Shown here piece after piece: positions 40,501 through 55,500 of a stretch of DNA of 64,000 bases. The number at the start of each line of letters is the position of its first letter. Position 1 is the first letter of the stretch. The position numbers were made by a program, and so were the translations under genes. Source of the stretch: Lytechinus pictus (lineage: Eukaryota). The stretch lies in the NCBI RefSeq assembly GCF_037042905.1, contig NC_087251.1, positions 6,140,001 to 6,204,000 on the forward strand, in the 5' to 3' direction. The notes under the pieces were generated by a model. That model was given only the letters and a program-made list of their open reading frames with translations. It was not told the DNA's origin and did no database searches.

Positions 40501-43500
40501 GTTGTGTTGCTCTACTAACTATTGAAAAACTCCAAGCTGCACGGTCCCATTCACTTGCTCCCGATGCATGTTGCAGGCTACGCTGTTTGATCCAGTCAAA
40601 AGTAAAGGTAAGCATGTTTGGAAACTGTACTTGTTCTGACGATGCATTCAGGTCAGATGACAGATACAGATCTGATATAAGTTTAGAATCATGCATTTTG
40701 GCATAACTACTATTAAAATTAAAAAGTTTTTATTTTAGAAATAATGTTTTTGCACAATTCCACCCAAGGGTTCATTACATGCCGCCACGCACAGAAAAAT
40801 CAAGCCATAGAAGTCGTGTGTTGTGGACCCAAGAAGTGAGATCCCAGACGCCTCCAGGCTAAGCACGCGCGACCCACTAGTTAGAAATCCACTGCCAAAC
40901 GCGGTTCGTGGTGCGAGGTTAGTATACTTAATACGTGTGAGTGGCACAATTCCAGCAGATTTTTTCTTCAGATTTCTAAAACTGGTCAGGACTCAGGCAG
41001 GCGATTAAATTATTTAGGAGCACTGAGTGGTATGGACCATGGCTGAAAATCGGCTGTTTCAGAGGAATGTTTAAGTTTTTATTATACACAGAATTATATC
41101 ACCATGATGCCGATGTCATGAAGCCAGACAAATTTTCAGCAGTGATTACCCTGATTCCTGGCCAAAATCACTCACACGTATTGCGAGGTTAGTATTAGTA
41201 TACTACTAGTACGTATTGCGAGGTTAGTATTAGTATACTAACCACGAACCGCGTTTGGCAGTGGATTTCTAACGAGTGGGTCGCGCGTGCTGGGATCTCA
41301 CTTCTTGGGTCCACGACTTCTATGGCTTGAATTTTCTGTGCGCGGCGGCATGTAATGAACCCTTGGGTGGGCCAAAATTAGAGTCTGGTGTTTCTTTCTG
41401 ATTAGAGTGCTGCTGCATATATGTATGCGTAATGCCTTCAACAATGAAGATAAATGCAATCTTTGTAATGACACAGAGACTCAGAGAGCACCGTACCTCA
41501 AGTGATGTTCGTGTAGTCTCCACTTCACTACTGGAGTACTGCTACAGCCTACACTACGCTACACACCTACCCGGGTAGGTGTGGCGTACATGTACGGTAG
41601 TGTAGCGGTAGTGAAGTGGAGTGGGGCCTACACAAACATCACTTGAGGTAGAGCACCAGTGTTCTGAGTGGAACTTTTCAGGTGTCTAAACCTACTATCA
41701 TTTGTTGTTGACCGGGAATTACATGCCACCGCACGTCATCAATCATCACGATAATTAAATTCATACTTTGATTTGATTATTTAAACTATTTCTTTTTTTC
41801 TCTCTTCTACACACAGATCTGCACAATTGCTGACTCTGGTGACTTCTGGTCTCTGCTTGCTACCTCAATCTGGGAGATTCCATCATGTCCTTTTACTATG
41901 ATTTGGATATAGCCATTTTTTTCTTCACTCTTTCCAGGACCTACGGTTTGCCAAGTTGTGGACTGATAATGATACAAAAGAAAAAATTTCTTTATCAATC
42001 TTGGAAACAATTTTGAGAACAGTTTTGGAGAGAACTAAGAAATTTGACTTGGACAGGAATACAGCTTGTCAAAAATAAGAACACACAATTTAAAACGAAA
42101 GAACAATTTTAATGTTACTAGGGCATTTTGCGAGAAATGTTATACTAAATCACACGTCCCAAATCAAGGGTAAGTCCTTTTATTAAACATTAGTTGAATT
42201 GCGATTGCAACTCGACCTTATTACGCTTGAATTTGAATTTAAGACTTACGCTTGATTTGCAATTGAACATAAGTTTCTTGCAGTGCCCCATAATTATGTT
42301 TTGTTATCAGATATTTAACGTGCTGATTTTTCTCGAAAGGTATAATATATTTGTCCTTTTAAACGGTATTTGAATATGGGTACGCCTTTTATTTGTTTTC
42401 CACAATATTTATTGCATGTATGAACAGAAGTGAAATATTTATTGTGAAGCACTGTGAATGTTGTGTGATGGTTCATCATTTTTGTTATAAGACTGAAAGA
42501 CTGGTGGATGTGAGGAAGTGGCCTGGATGAAAGAAAAGTGAACATGTGTCCAATTACTGATTTGCATATTCTAAGACAATTTTGTTTCTGGATAAATTTT
42601 GCTATGCATTCCCTACATTAAGAGTAAAGGAGAAGTCCACGCAATCAAAAATTCATTTGAATTTAAAGAAAAATAACAAGATATTGCAGGAAATTTCATA
42701 AAAACTTTGATTCAAATTTATATAATTAGTATTTTAACAGTTCCGTAAATATAACCTATTGTGATCAGATGAAGAGTTTCCTATCGTCAAATCTGCAAAG
42801 AATAAAAAACAAAATGCCACAAAAAATAGAAACGAATGTGATGTGAGTGACAACTCTAATTTGCATATCATTGTTTTGTGTATATGACTGTTTTGAGTAA
42901 AAACAACAAGGGAAATCACTCTATTCAAATAATTTTTAGTTGATGTGGACTTGACTTTTAACTCTACCCCTCCCATCCCAAATAAGAGTAGAAATAATCT
43001 AATCAAGAACTTGAAAATCAAAAGCAGCAATTAAGAAGCAAGATTTGATAAATACAGGTCTGAATAGAATTTCACAAGAAAATAAAAAGAGAAAAAAAAG
43101 ATGGGTAGGGACGGGGAAGGAATAAAAAAAAAATACCCAGAAAAAAAAAAATCCGAGTTTCGAACCAGGGTCCTCGCACATGACAAAACAACGGCCAACG
43201 CATTTGGCCACAGACCATCGCCCTAACAGGAAGGCAATTTAAAATATATGAAAGAAAGTCCGCTCGCCGCTGTTTCCTAATAATGCTTCGGCAATTCAAC
43301 TGCAATTTCAGTCATTTCGCGATGGATATTGCCGTGTTTTTTTGTGGTTCCTGACTTTGCTACTTAATGAAATTTCATAATTTTTGTTCAGTCATAAAGA
43401 AGAATGTCTATGCTTTATATTGACTATAACATTAATGTGACGCAAGTGTGATTTCTACGTGAAAATATGCTTTGTTTATTCACATATATTTCTTGAAAAA

Positions 43501-46500
43501 AAAAAATTCTAAGCTAAATATCGGTTACCAAAATATGTTAAATGTGCACTTTTTTTCACTGTTCAGTAAATTCAAACTTTTATCTATATAACAAGACCAA
43601 TCTTAAGAGGAATAAACAATTCTAAGAGCAAAAAACGCTGATTGGAAAGATCGTCTCCAATGGGCTGCTGTCAGCTCAGCTGCTCACTGCTCATTGTGTG
43701 ACGTCACTCAGCTGGAGCTCGCAAGAGGACCGGTGGAAGGCAGAAATATGGCATGAAAATAAATCATTTTTGAGAGCTGATTTCTGCAATCTCTGATCAC
43801 TATTTTGAAAAGTGAAGTTATATATCTGATTAGTAATACTTCCCCTTTACAATGATGACCACATAAAGTCATTATAAAATACTTTTGATTCTTTGGATGT
43901 ATACTTTAAGTACATAAACATATGGCCATTGAGTCCCCTGTACAGATCCCGCTAGAACTTCGGTCTCTGTATTTGGTGAGTGAAGCCAACGGAGTTCAGC
44001 TGAACAACCAACATAACAGAGACCGAAGCTTTTGGTCTAGCGCCATGTTAGACCAAAAGCTTCAGTCTCTGTAGTTTGGTTGTTCCGCTGAACTGCGTTG
44101 GCTCACTGACCAATACATAGACTGAAGGGGATGGGGCCCCCAAACAATTATTAGGAATAGAAATGACACCCAATCAAAAATCAAAAAAATTCATTTGCGA
44201 CAGATGCTGCAAAATAATTTTGAAATTAGCTGAAAGTAATTCAAATGTAATTAAAAATAAATCCAAATTAAAGAAAATCAGTAGAATCAATGTTTACTTG
44301 GGGAGGAAGGTGAAGACCAGCTATGCTTCGCCATTTCTTCGAAAGAAACGAAGACGACTCACAAGCCCACATGCACAGACACCCCTTCAAAAAAAAGATG
44401 TCACGACACAAACGCAACCAGAAAAACGGCGGGTAAGTTTCTCTTTAAATCACACATTTCGAGACTTGATTGTCCATAGACACATTAAACTACATTTTAC
44501 CGAGCCCAAAATGAAGAGATAAGACAATAATCCCATGTCAAATGATAAAAATAGAAAATCAAATTAACCACAAGAAAAAAAAAAAAAACTGGACCAGTTG
44601 GACCAGTAACTCTGGAAATTGGAGCATTGGTTTATCGGTCTGGTAATACTGGTCTAGTTACAAATAATACTGCTCCAGTTATTGGTCTTGAATAGGCCTA
44701 TAGTAACTGGGATTTTAAACTGGTCTTAATTACACTGGAGTCTGTTACTGATGTTTACGATAAGTGGTCGGTATCCAACTGAGTGAACTCAATAGGTCTT
44801 ACTGGTAGTCCCTATTGGTCTTATTGGTTGTTCATTTGGTCTTCCTGGCGTAACAGGCGGGGGGGGGGGGGGCTGCCCCGGCCCTGACGGATTTCACCGA
44901 GAAAAGGCGAAAAGAGAGAGAGGGAAAATGAAGAAAAGAAAACGAGGAAAGAGGCCGGGGTGGGCACAATGGGAAAGGTGAAAAAGCAAAGGCAAATGAC
45001 AACAATAAAGAAAGAAAGAATTAGAACATGCGAGAAAGTATAGGCCTTTACATGTCTTTAGCAGGAGACTCAGTGGCATGGACAAAAATGGTGGACAATG
45101 AGAGAAATAGACAAAAAGAGATACGAAATGAAGGTAGAGACAAAGGTTGAATTTGAAAATCAGAATATGAAGAAAAGGAACAAGAAAAAAAATCAATAAC
45201 ACGACAAAGCTGCCGCGGATTGAAAAAAAAAACGAAGGAAAGAAAGTGTATGAAAGTGAGGTACAACACGTGCTCAACAGTGGCGTAACTACGGGGGGGC
45301 ATGGGGGCACGTGCCCCCCCCCCCCCAATCGGCTGGCAAAAATATTTTAAAAACGGGAAAAGGAGAAAAAGAGGGAGAAAGGAAGAGCTCGTCAGGGGGG
45401 GCAGACTGCCCCCTCTGGCCCTCTTTCTTTCTTTTATTTTATTTTTTTTTAATCATCACGCTACCGTACTGCCACACATGGGTTTGCCCTAATGATCGTG
45501 GACAATCATAAAAACTATCATTTTCATACCATGTGACTGGGAAATTTTTGGCTCCACCCCCCCCCCCCCCCCCCTCTCGATCCCTGTATCGATTTTGACT
45601 TGATAGGGGCCTATACCTGATGGAATTTGCTTCATTCAATATAAAATCATAATGGATAGAACGCCTTGAATACAGGCCAAACAGCCTAACGACATTGCCG
45701 TGTCACGTGACAACCAGTATTAAACGAGAATGTGCACAACCCTATGGCGACAAAATTTGCCGCAAAAGTTGAGCAAGTTCTGGACAAAAAGGCTTCAATA
45801 CCCCAAGAAAAGACACGGCGAGTACTATTTATACATTTTTTCCATTTAGTAATATCTAGAGTCTAATTCAAGAATAGATTTCGTCATGGAGCTCCATGGT
45901 AAGATCTAGTAATTTAAGTCCAACATTTAATTCGCGTGCACTCACTTTTTTAACACAGGAATTAATAGCCTTGGTGCCTAGAGTGCCCCTGGGGCTGGGT
46001 AGTGGGTAACCCAGAGAGCTCCCGCCCGCTGCGCGGGCGGGAGCCCAGAAGCTTACCGTGTATTTTACCATTGTCACCGGACTAGGGTGATTTATGGTCT
46101 AAATATTTCTCCAAATGAATTGTGAAAACGGAAAGGATACAATTACCACGATTATATGGATGAAGGTCTAACGAGTGGCAGATTCCTGACATCTGGGCAC
46201 AGTCTGGAACCTCAAAAAAACGAAAAGTTCTCTCCTTCTACCCAGTCTCGATCGGCCATTTTGTTACGATTTTTAACAAAAATGGCCGATCTCTCGAGGG
46301 AGCTCTCTGCCTGGGTTAGGTAGTGGGTTACGCTCAATCCAATCACACACTGTGCACGGCCGGTGTAGCGGCGGATTTGGGGAAATCGGCGGATACCGTA
46401 TCCGCCTGCAGATATCGTTCTAAATATATCGTTTTTGGCATAATTGTGATATAGTCCCCAAATCCAGAAGTGGGGATTATTAGAATCACACCTACCAGAA

Positions 46501-49500
46501 CGCATGAAAATCACTTCCTTTCTCCAGAACACAGTCTCCAACTCTCGCACAACTCTGTGGCAAAATGATAACACACACAAATGAAACACATTGTATATAA
46601 ACACTAGGGTTCTCTCCCTATTATATACTCGTGATACAGTCCCCACTCAACGGGAAATCAAGCTTGATTTTCACGGCGGTGGGGACAGTTTCAACAGTAT
46701 ATATACTCGTGATCCAGTCCCCACGCTATGGGATACACAGTTCGTTTGGCACGCAGTGGGGATAGCTCCAACAGTATATTATACTCGTGATACCGTCCCT
46801 TCACAACATAAAATCGTGCTCGTTCAACAAGGGGATGGGGACAGTTTCCCGATGCATTGTGACAAGGATAAAACATTTTAGAGTATGGCTGCGGAAGTTG
46901 AGGGAGGGGGGGGGGAGTTTCCCAATGCAATGTGACAAGGAAAAAGCACCTTTGGATATTACAGGGGCCGCGAAGGGGGGGGGGGACTTTAGCCCCCACC
47001 TTTTTCCAAAACATAAACGTAAAAATGTGACCATAGGATTATGATTTTTTTTTGCATGGTCAGCCCCCCCCCCCCCATTTTGAAAACCGTTCCGCGGCCC
47101 CTGTATTATTGCCATCATCATCATCATTATTGGTAATATTTACAATGATAATAACAATATTGAAAATGATAATAATAATAATAATAACAGTAATAAAGAA
47201 TAATTATGATATATGGTGATGATAGTAATAATAACAATGATGATATCAATATTAATGGTAATAACAATACTGACAGGTCACAAGAATAATAATAACGATT
47301 ATAATAATAATGACAATAATTAAATTGACAGTAATAATAACAACATTAATGATATCATATTAAGAATTTAACAACAATAATAATAACAACAATAAAGAAT
47401 AAACAATGATAATAGTTATGGTAATAATAATACTGACAAGAATTATAATGATATATGATGATATTATAGTAATAATTATAGTAATAATTATATTGACAAT
47501 AATAATAACAATAATCATATGATGACAATATTGACAATATAACAATAATAATAATGATAATTATGATTATGATATAGAAATAACAATAGTAACGATAATA
47601 TAATGATGATGACAATAATAAAAATGATGTTGATGGTAATATACAGGGGTTGCAGAACGATTTTTTAAATAAAATTGTGATATAATTAAGTTCAAAGTCT
47701 TTTTTCCAGACCCACTTTTACAAATCATTTCTTAAAGAGTAAAAAAGTAACAAAGATCCCCAATCTCTTATTATTGTTAAATAACATGGAAATATAGCGT
47801 AGTCTTTCCTCCAGACCCAGTTATAAAAATCGTTAAAAACACAACAAAACAAAAACCCTGAAATCTTATCAACATTGAATAGCACGGAATATGGTGTAGT
47901 CTTTGCTCCAGTTATTTCAAAATAGGAAATCATGAGTAACAATAAAAACAAACAATATTAATTAACCAAGGCCCCCCTAATATTATTGATGTAGAATAAC
48001 GTTGTTGTTGTTGTTGTATTATTATTTATAATTTTGGAATAACAGGGTTTGGAGAAAAGACTAAATTCGATTTATAATTTTTATTCCACTGGAATATCAT
48101 TATGGTATCTTAGTTTGGACTTATATTATAATTTTTGAAACAACCGGGTCTGGAAAAAAAGACTTTGGACTTATATTATAATTTTTTTAACAACCGGGTC
48201 TGGAAAAAAAGACTTTGAACTTATATTATAATTTTTTTAACAACCGGGTCTGGAAAAAAAGACTTTGAACTTATATTATAATTTTTTAAACAACCGGGTC
48301 TGGAAAAAAAGACTTTGGACTTATATTATAATTTTTAATTAACCGGGTCTGGAAAAAAAGACTTTGAACTTATATTATAATTTTTGAAACAACCGGGTCT
48401 GGAAAAAAAGACTTTGAACTTATATTACAATTTATACTTTGCACTTTTATGCTATATGAAGGCATTTCTATAGGATTTTAGTTCAGAATGATTCACAATG
48501 TTTTGGAAAAAGGTAGGGGCTGCACAAAGAAGAATTGTACAGGAAACTCGCGCATGCGCGATACGCTCGTTCGATCGCCAGCGTAGTGCGTGACGTCATG
48601 TTTCATTCACAAATCTTGAGCTGTGATCTCATTGGGTGTTTTGGCTCTCATTTGCATATTTTCCCATAATACAAAACCTATGTAGTGCGAGAAGTTTCTC
48701 TGCGAACCACCGATCAACCTCATACTAAACACGACGTATTTCCTTCAAGATTTCGAGTTGAAAATCTCATTTTCTTCATACGGTGTAGCTACATTACCTC
48801 GGAAAATCTGATGATATTTTGCGGACTTCTCGTCATTTGGTAAGTCATATTTTTGAAGATATTTACCGTCGAGTAGTGAAAATCGCATGACTGTGTTCGT
48901 TGTTTACTGTGTATCAATGTGTGCAAAGTGTATGTTAGCGACATGTATGGGTACAAAGCGACATACGGAAAACCGTCTACACCGATGTTGATTTTGTGGA
49001 CTGTTTTGCGGTGGTGTTTGTGCTAGCCCGCATTGGTGTATTTCAAGCATGGCGAGCGTTGCTTTGTGATCGGGCTTCGCTCGGGTGTTCGTGAAGGGCC
49101 GTGGAATGCGTGTGGAGCTCGGCCATGCGGCCTTGGGGCGTGAATGTAATGAATGGCAGCTGCACCTGTTGTTTGTATGCCTCTGAAATTGAAGCTCTCT
49201 TTCTATTTATGGCATGGCGAATATCCTAGTGTTTTAGGAATATAAGTTTTGGCATTTTATTTGTTGGGACTTTCGTGATACTGATTTTACTTCTAAAACT
49301 GGACACTTATTTTTTTTTTTTCGGTAAAGCCAGGGACAATCAATGGAATTGTTGAGACATGATAATATCATATTCATAGAGATATAGCTCTATGATAATA
49401 TCAATAATTATAGACCCTATAGAAATACAGGAAATTAAATTGAAAAATAATGCAAATTATAATCACTGAAGTGCGGATGTGTACCAAATTGATTTGGATG

Positions 49501-52500
49501 GAGATTGATTTTGATTTTGTTTCCTTCAGTATTTTTTTTTTAGCAAAAATCAAATATTTTCCTGCCCTGTTCTTTTTCTTATCAATTTTTTTTTATCTTT
49601 GAATTACCAATTATGACAGCAATAAATCAAACTCAAAAGTTCAAACTATGGTCTATTTTCATTGTATAATCTACAGCATAATCCGAAGATGACTGACTGA
49701 TTGAAAGACTGTATTTCACAAGACCCAAAGGACAAAGGTCGAGAGCTACAAGTTCATATCGCATTTTACAACTGCTCAAGAAGGTGAAGGATTTGGGGAT
49801 CACTAAATCAAGACGATATTCGGATATAAAAACAATTTTATTGTTATATGAGATAATCTTTCAACTTTATTTTTACTTAAAATTTAAGAAGTGAATAATC
49901 TTTAAAAATTATGAATATGATGCTGAGAAGGATCGAAAACCATTATCTGTCAACAATGATGCACTGTAAAAATGCTATTATGTATATGGTCATAATATTC
50001 TTGTGATTTATTTGTAATTAATTTATGTATTATGTTGTTTCACTGTTGAAAATAATTCAAACAATGTTTAATATGTGAATTGCATAGTAGTTTAAACATT
50101 TCAAACAAGTGTTTAAGAACTTAATAAACAACAAAGTTTAAACTCTAATATTTAATCATCAATAAATAAAGCATGGTTGTTTAAGATTTTGAACACTTGT
50201 TTAAACTGTTTAAACTACTATGGGATTCACACAGTAAACAGCATTGTTTGAATTATTCTTAACATATATATATAAATTATATATATATATATATGCTCAA
50301 TAAATTCTTATGCATTAAATTTGCCTTCAATAAGAGTTTCCAGTTCAGTATGAATTATACAAAAAACATGGAATTCTGGAATGACATTCTTCACTTTCAC
50401 GGAATACATGTAAAACACTGTTCATGAAAAGTATAATGAAAATCATCAAAAATAAATTAAAGCCAAACTGTAAAGAGTAAGCCAACCCCTATATCATGAT
50501 TTCTTTTAATAAAGATCTAACAATTTGCAACTGCATCAACTTTATTATTTTTATATGTCACTATAATACCCCAGTCACATTTCCCCTACGGCGGCCGTAC
50601 GGCAAGTCGAAAACAGCAGTTTAACATTATTTTGTACCAGTGTACATGTATACATGGTTTGAATAAAACGGCTGTTTTCGACTCGCCGTACGACCGCCGT
50701 AGAGCAAATGTGACTACTATACTAAGGACGTCAAAATTTAAAGAACATCTTTTAATGGAAAACTGGAAAGGATTGATATAAAGTCCAACGAAGTTACTTA
50801 AAGCCAGATTTATTCACATATTGATCAATAAATTTACCCCATACTTTCTACATCTTTTGAAATTGTGATTTAATTTTCTGAATGCGTGTTTTGGTTCTGT
50901 CAACCATTGTTTTTCATGTCTATGACAGACTCGTACCTCGGTCACATTTGCCGCACGGCGAGTCGAAAACAGCATTTTTATTCATTTTTATACATGGATA
51001 AACCACCAATATGTAGCTGGTACAAAAACAATATTAAAACGACTGTTTTCGACTCGCCGTACGGCCCCCGTAGAGCAAAATAATGTGACCGAGGTATAAG
51101 GACATAGCCCCTCGGTCCGTGAAATCAAACTTCTCTTTAAAAATTGAATGTTTTTCATTTTCGGATAAAATTAATATAACTTTCATAATTAATAGCTTTC
51201 TGTTAAAGTTTATAATTCGTATCCAATTATTTCGTTTTTAATATGAATTATAAGTATTTTCATTTGTTTCAGGGGCGGATCCAGGATTTTTTTTAAGGGT
51301 TCAACCAAAAATAATTAAGGGGATTTGGTCTTCACTTTCTAAAGGGGGGGGGGCACGCTTCTGTTTTAACACCATTTTTAAATTACAAATTTTACTTGTC
51401 CCTCTCAATGGTGGGGGGGGGCGCACGGGTCGGCTGTGCCCCCCCCCCCCCGGATCCGCCAGTGATTTTTATTGTTCTTTCATTTGTTCACCCATGATCA
51501 CGAATGTTTTCATAATGCATACATGTACCTCACGATTTTTTTCTAAATACGATTCTAAATGTTATGAAAATAGTTCGACAGGCCTATTTTTTTTTGCATA
51601 CCACACTCATGGAGCTACTGTTGCTACTCTGCATCAGCGTGTAGTGTGCGAGAGGGGGGGGGGGGGTAGGATGGTCGCAAAGAGCGATCAAGCAAAAGAG
51701 AAAGTGGTCCATAAATGAAGAGGGGATGTTGAGAATTGAGATCATGTGTGTGTGTTTGGGGGGGGGGGATGTTCGAATGTTGTCACTGCTCATTACGATG
51801 ATGGTTGATTAATCTTTACATCTTAATTTGGGCGATTTTGGAAATGTTTTCTTGTACTGGGGAGAGGTGAGTGATTCAGTAAGTTTCCATAGAAGTGCAG
51901 TTTTAAAGTTACAGAAGAGGATTTCACCCAATGACGGGAATTCGGGAAACACCATTTTCAAGCAATACTAATTCGATCACGTGCCATCGGCTTTAGGGCC
52001 GAGTGTTCTCGTTCATATTCCAACTATCATTTCATAAATAGGCACTCTTACAAATTAGGCCGATGCCGTTGTAAAGATAACTATTTTTGAAGCGTTATTC
52101 ATATATAAAATATATAAAGACAATTGAAATTGAACAATTCATCGAAATTTCCAACGATATTCAAATAAAAATAGTATCAACTCGTGTAGATCTATAGGGG
52201 TGAACAGACGAAATACATGCTCCTAAACGTTCAGACAAATCAATTAACTTGATATCTATATCTTTCGATGAATTGTTCAATTCCATCAGAAATATGCTTC
52301 ATGAAGTCTTGTCAGATTGTTGAATGTGAACTTCTATTGGAATCTGTTGAATCACGTACCCCTCCCGATCCAAGGTATAGATTTCCCAATCACCATAGAT
52401 AACATACGGTTACATATATGGTATCTTATTTACATTGTTAGGTACTGACGATATCTTCATAAATACATTCACAATTATTTCATGAAATGTCACCATTGCC

Positions 52501-55500
52501 GTGGCTGTGACATGTTAAAGCCTGAAAGCTATTACATAAAATATTGTTTGCACTTTGATATAATAGAGGTCAGATATATTCTTGTCATCTAATATAAACA
52601 TTCCATTATTATGCACCATGTTTCAAAATGGGTAAGAAAATTACATTACCATCGGCATCCAGATAATTAGTCCATGATTAGACCAGGGAGATCGGAGTCT
52701 ACCCCTTTTTTTTGGAATTTCTATTTTCTCAGCACATCGGAGTGAGGAAAAACCACCAAAAACCCTATATTGGTATTAAATGATAACCATTTATTGTAAA
52801 CAACGTTTAGGACTGAGGGAATTGGGGGAGAGGGTATGGGGAGGGAGAGTATTTCATTTTCCAATAAATACAATATTTTCGTGAACATGAACGAAATAAA
52901 CAAAAAGTTAATAGCTCAATATCTTTATTGAATTGTTCAGTAGAACAATAATACTAGCTGTAATAATGTTAAAAACATTTCAGTCATTGTTCATCAATCT
53001 CAATATATTGACAATGAAAATAATTTTTTAATATAGAAAATATATTTTATATGACTATTGTGAATTTTAAATAATCCCATTTTAGATCGTTGATTAAACC
53101 ACCTTTCTGAAAACAATCACTTTGATATCTCCTGTAAAATCAATTTTAGATAAAAAAATATTTTCTGTTAAAATTGATTTCTAAGATTCCTGTCTGAAAG
53201 TTGATGAAACACCTTAGCTCGAGTAGAAATGCATAATACAAAGATATTGAATACTCAAACTCTTATAATGATATTGTCCAGCAAAATAGAAAATTGTCAA
53301 ATAGTTAATGAAAAATAATTGAATTATAAACCAACAATTAAGTCAAATAAAATATGAAAATTATAACACACAATCACGTCACATTCGTTCGCACTCTCGT
53401 AGTTGTAGGATGGGGGGGGGGGTCGGGCTTCCGGACACTATATTTTTGAAGCCTTCTTTTTTGTCTTTGCATTACACTTAAAGTATGAAATCAATGGTTG
53501 TAATCATCTTGTTCTCCATAATATTTCCTAATATCTTGTACTAAAAATTGATGAAACTTCGCTTGTAAATTTTTCCAAATGACTTTCTAAAATTGATCGT
53601 CCGGACACACAACCTGTCCATACAACTGGGTAGACTCATGCTAGTCTAGAAGCACTCCCACACTCCAGACAAAGTGTCACAACAGACACAAGTACATGAA
53701 TTCTCGTAAGCACACAGAAAATACAACTTATAATATGCTCTAATAAAATGTAGTAATATACTGCCTTTCAGGGTTCAAACATCCTACAAATACACTCTTT
53801 TATAACATCAAATGATTTACAGGACATTAATATACATGTATGAAGTCTGCGCCGAGCATCTAATCATAAGGCAGTCTACCAGGAAATTCATCTATCGCGG
53901 GGGCAACGCAGAATTCAGTACAGACAAGTATACATGTACATTATAAATACGCTGTGCACTGTACTCTATGCAATACAATTTATGCAAGCGGCCTTCGGCC
54001 TTGCGTAACCCGATGAAAACCACATGTTTTGCTTAGACTTCGGACACTGCCTGCCGAAGTGCCGATATCATCCGAACATGCGCCCGAAATCTACACGCTG
54101 GCATCTTTACCCGACAGAGTGTTGTGCTCCGTCTCCGTGAGTCAGCCGATCGCGCGGTGTAAAGATTCTCACACACAGCACTGGGCGAGGAAGGGAAGAG
54201 GGTCGCGCGATCAGCCAATCAGCGTGCAGGGAATCCGTCTACTGTGTGCCTATGGGGAAAGTTCTTCGTGGGCTGAAGCGGGGCTGAAGTCCCCCCCCCC
54301 TCCCTCAACTTCCGCAGCCATACTCTAAAATGTTTTATCCTTGTCACAATGCATCGGGAAACTGTCCCCATCCCCTTGTTGAACGAGCACGATTTTATGT
54401 TGTGAGGGGACGGTATCACGAGTATAATATACTGTTGTGTTGGAGCTATCCCATAGAGATGTATACTAGTAACGCTAGAGGGCGTACTTCGTCAAATCGC
54501 TGTGATTACGTGGAGACCGTCCGCCATTGCTCGATAGGTATTCGCAGCCTGCCATGCGCGTACAGTACCTATGGGGCATGTACACGGATGAACACAGAAC
54601 ATGACAAATTGATGACATATGAGCACGAAAGCATATGGAAAAGCAAAATTGTAAATATTGCACTGGATTAAAGTTCAAATACAACAAAAATCTAGCAAAA
54701 CTGAGGTCAAAAGGCCTATATAGGCCTATCTATAGCGCATAATATAGGCCGATACAGCTATAATACAGGCAAACGATTTAAAGTCCCAATTGTTTTTGCT
54801 TAGGTAAAATTTCGATACATTAATATGACTTCTATTTTCTAATGATTTGGAAGAGATGAATATCAAAAATAACATTTAGGCCTAGGTCCTGATAAATAAA
54901 TTTAATGTGTTTTAATATGATTTGATGTACATTAACCTAAGAAAATTCATAGGCCATATCACAGTGATGCATCTGAGACGCTGTATCGAAAAAAAAAACA
55001 CGATTGTATTTTTATAGTTCATAGTTTCCTAATTACTATTATGCTGATTGCTGATAATTTATTTCTTCACTTTAGATAATTGTTATAATTTATTTTCCAT
55101 ATATATCTACACAATAGGGCCTATAATAACTCGATCCCTTTTCCCCATGTCTTACACGCTGATGTAAACCAACATCACAAAAACTCGCGAATCATAAAAT
55201 GACTTTTTATTGATATTTGGAAATGATTTACGCATTGATTCAGTTAAAAATTGATGATTTAGATTTCCTTTGCTGGCAACCATCCCATCATATTTATAAA
55301 TATGTATATAAAAGTATACTTTCTTACTTGCGATCAATGTATAGAAAAGTTTGTTGACAGCAAAATGCGCGCATGCAGTCGTACAATTTTGCAATGTACA
55401 GGAGGCCTAATGGGGGGTTGGATGTTTATGTACAGTGTTATTGCCTTGTAAACATTTTAAAACTTCGGAGAGTAAACAAATCACAATGCGCAAAACAATT

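Larger units (their letters stand above)
40064..43905. mobile_element. Kolobok-like non-autonomous element (3.8 kb)
   Basis: TTAA|AGTATACATCCAAAGAA...TTCTTTGGATGTATACT|TTAA. The paralog at ~29395 shows a single TTAA (empty site). Confidence 0.85.
39749..44039. mobile_element. TAGAC-family element with 9-bp TSD, split by a Kolobok-like insertion
   Basis: Termini TAGAC...GTCTA; TSD GCGCCATGT at 39740-39748 and 44040-44048. Confidence 0.85.

Noticed and set aside
37635..40861. A single element bounded by TAGCCTGGAGGCGT and ACGCCTCCAGGCTA
   Set aside because: There is no TSD, and it would cross the boundaries of the TSD-supported elements at 39749-44039 and 40064-43905.
47355..47615. Ile/Tyr/Asn-rich ORFs
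   Set aside because: Translations of an (AAT)n low-complexity tract.
48114..48428. Possible CRISPR-like array
   Set aside because: The units are head-to-tail with no unique spacers; it is a eukaryotic minisatellite.
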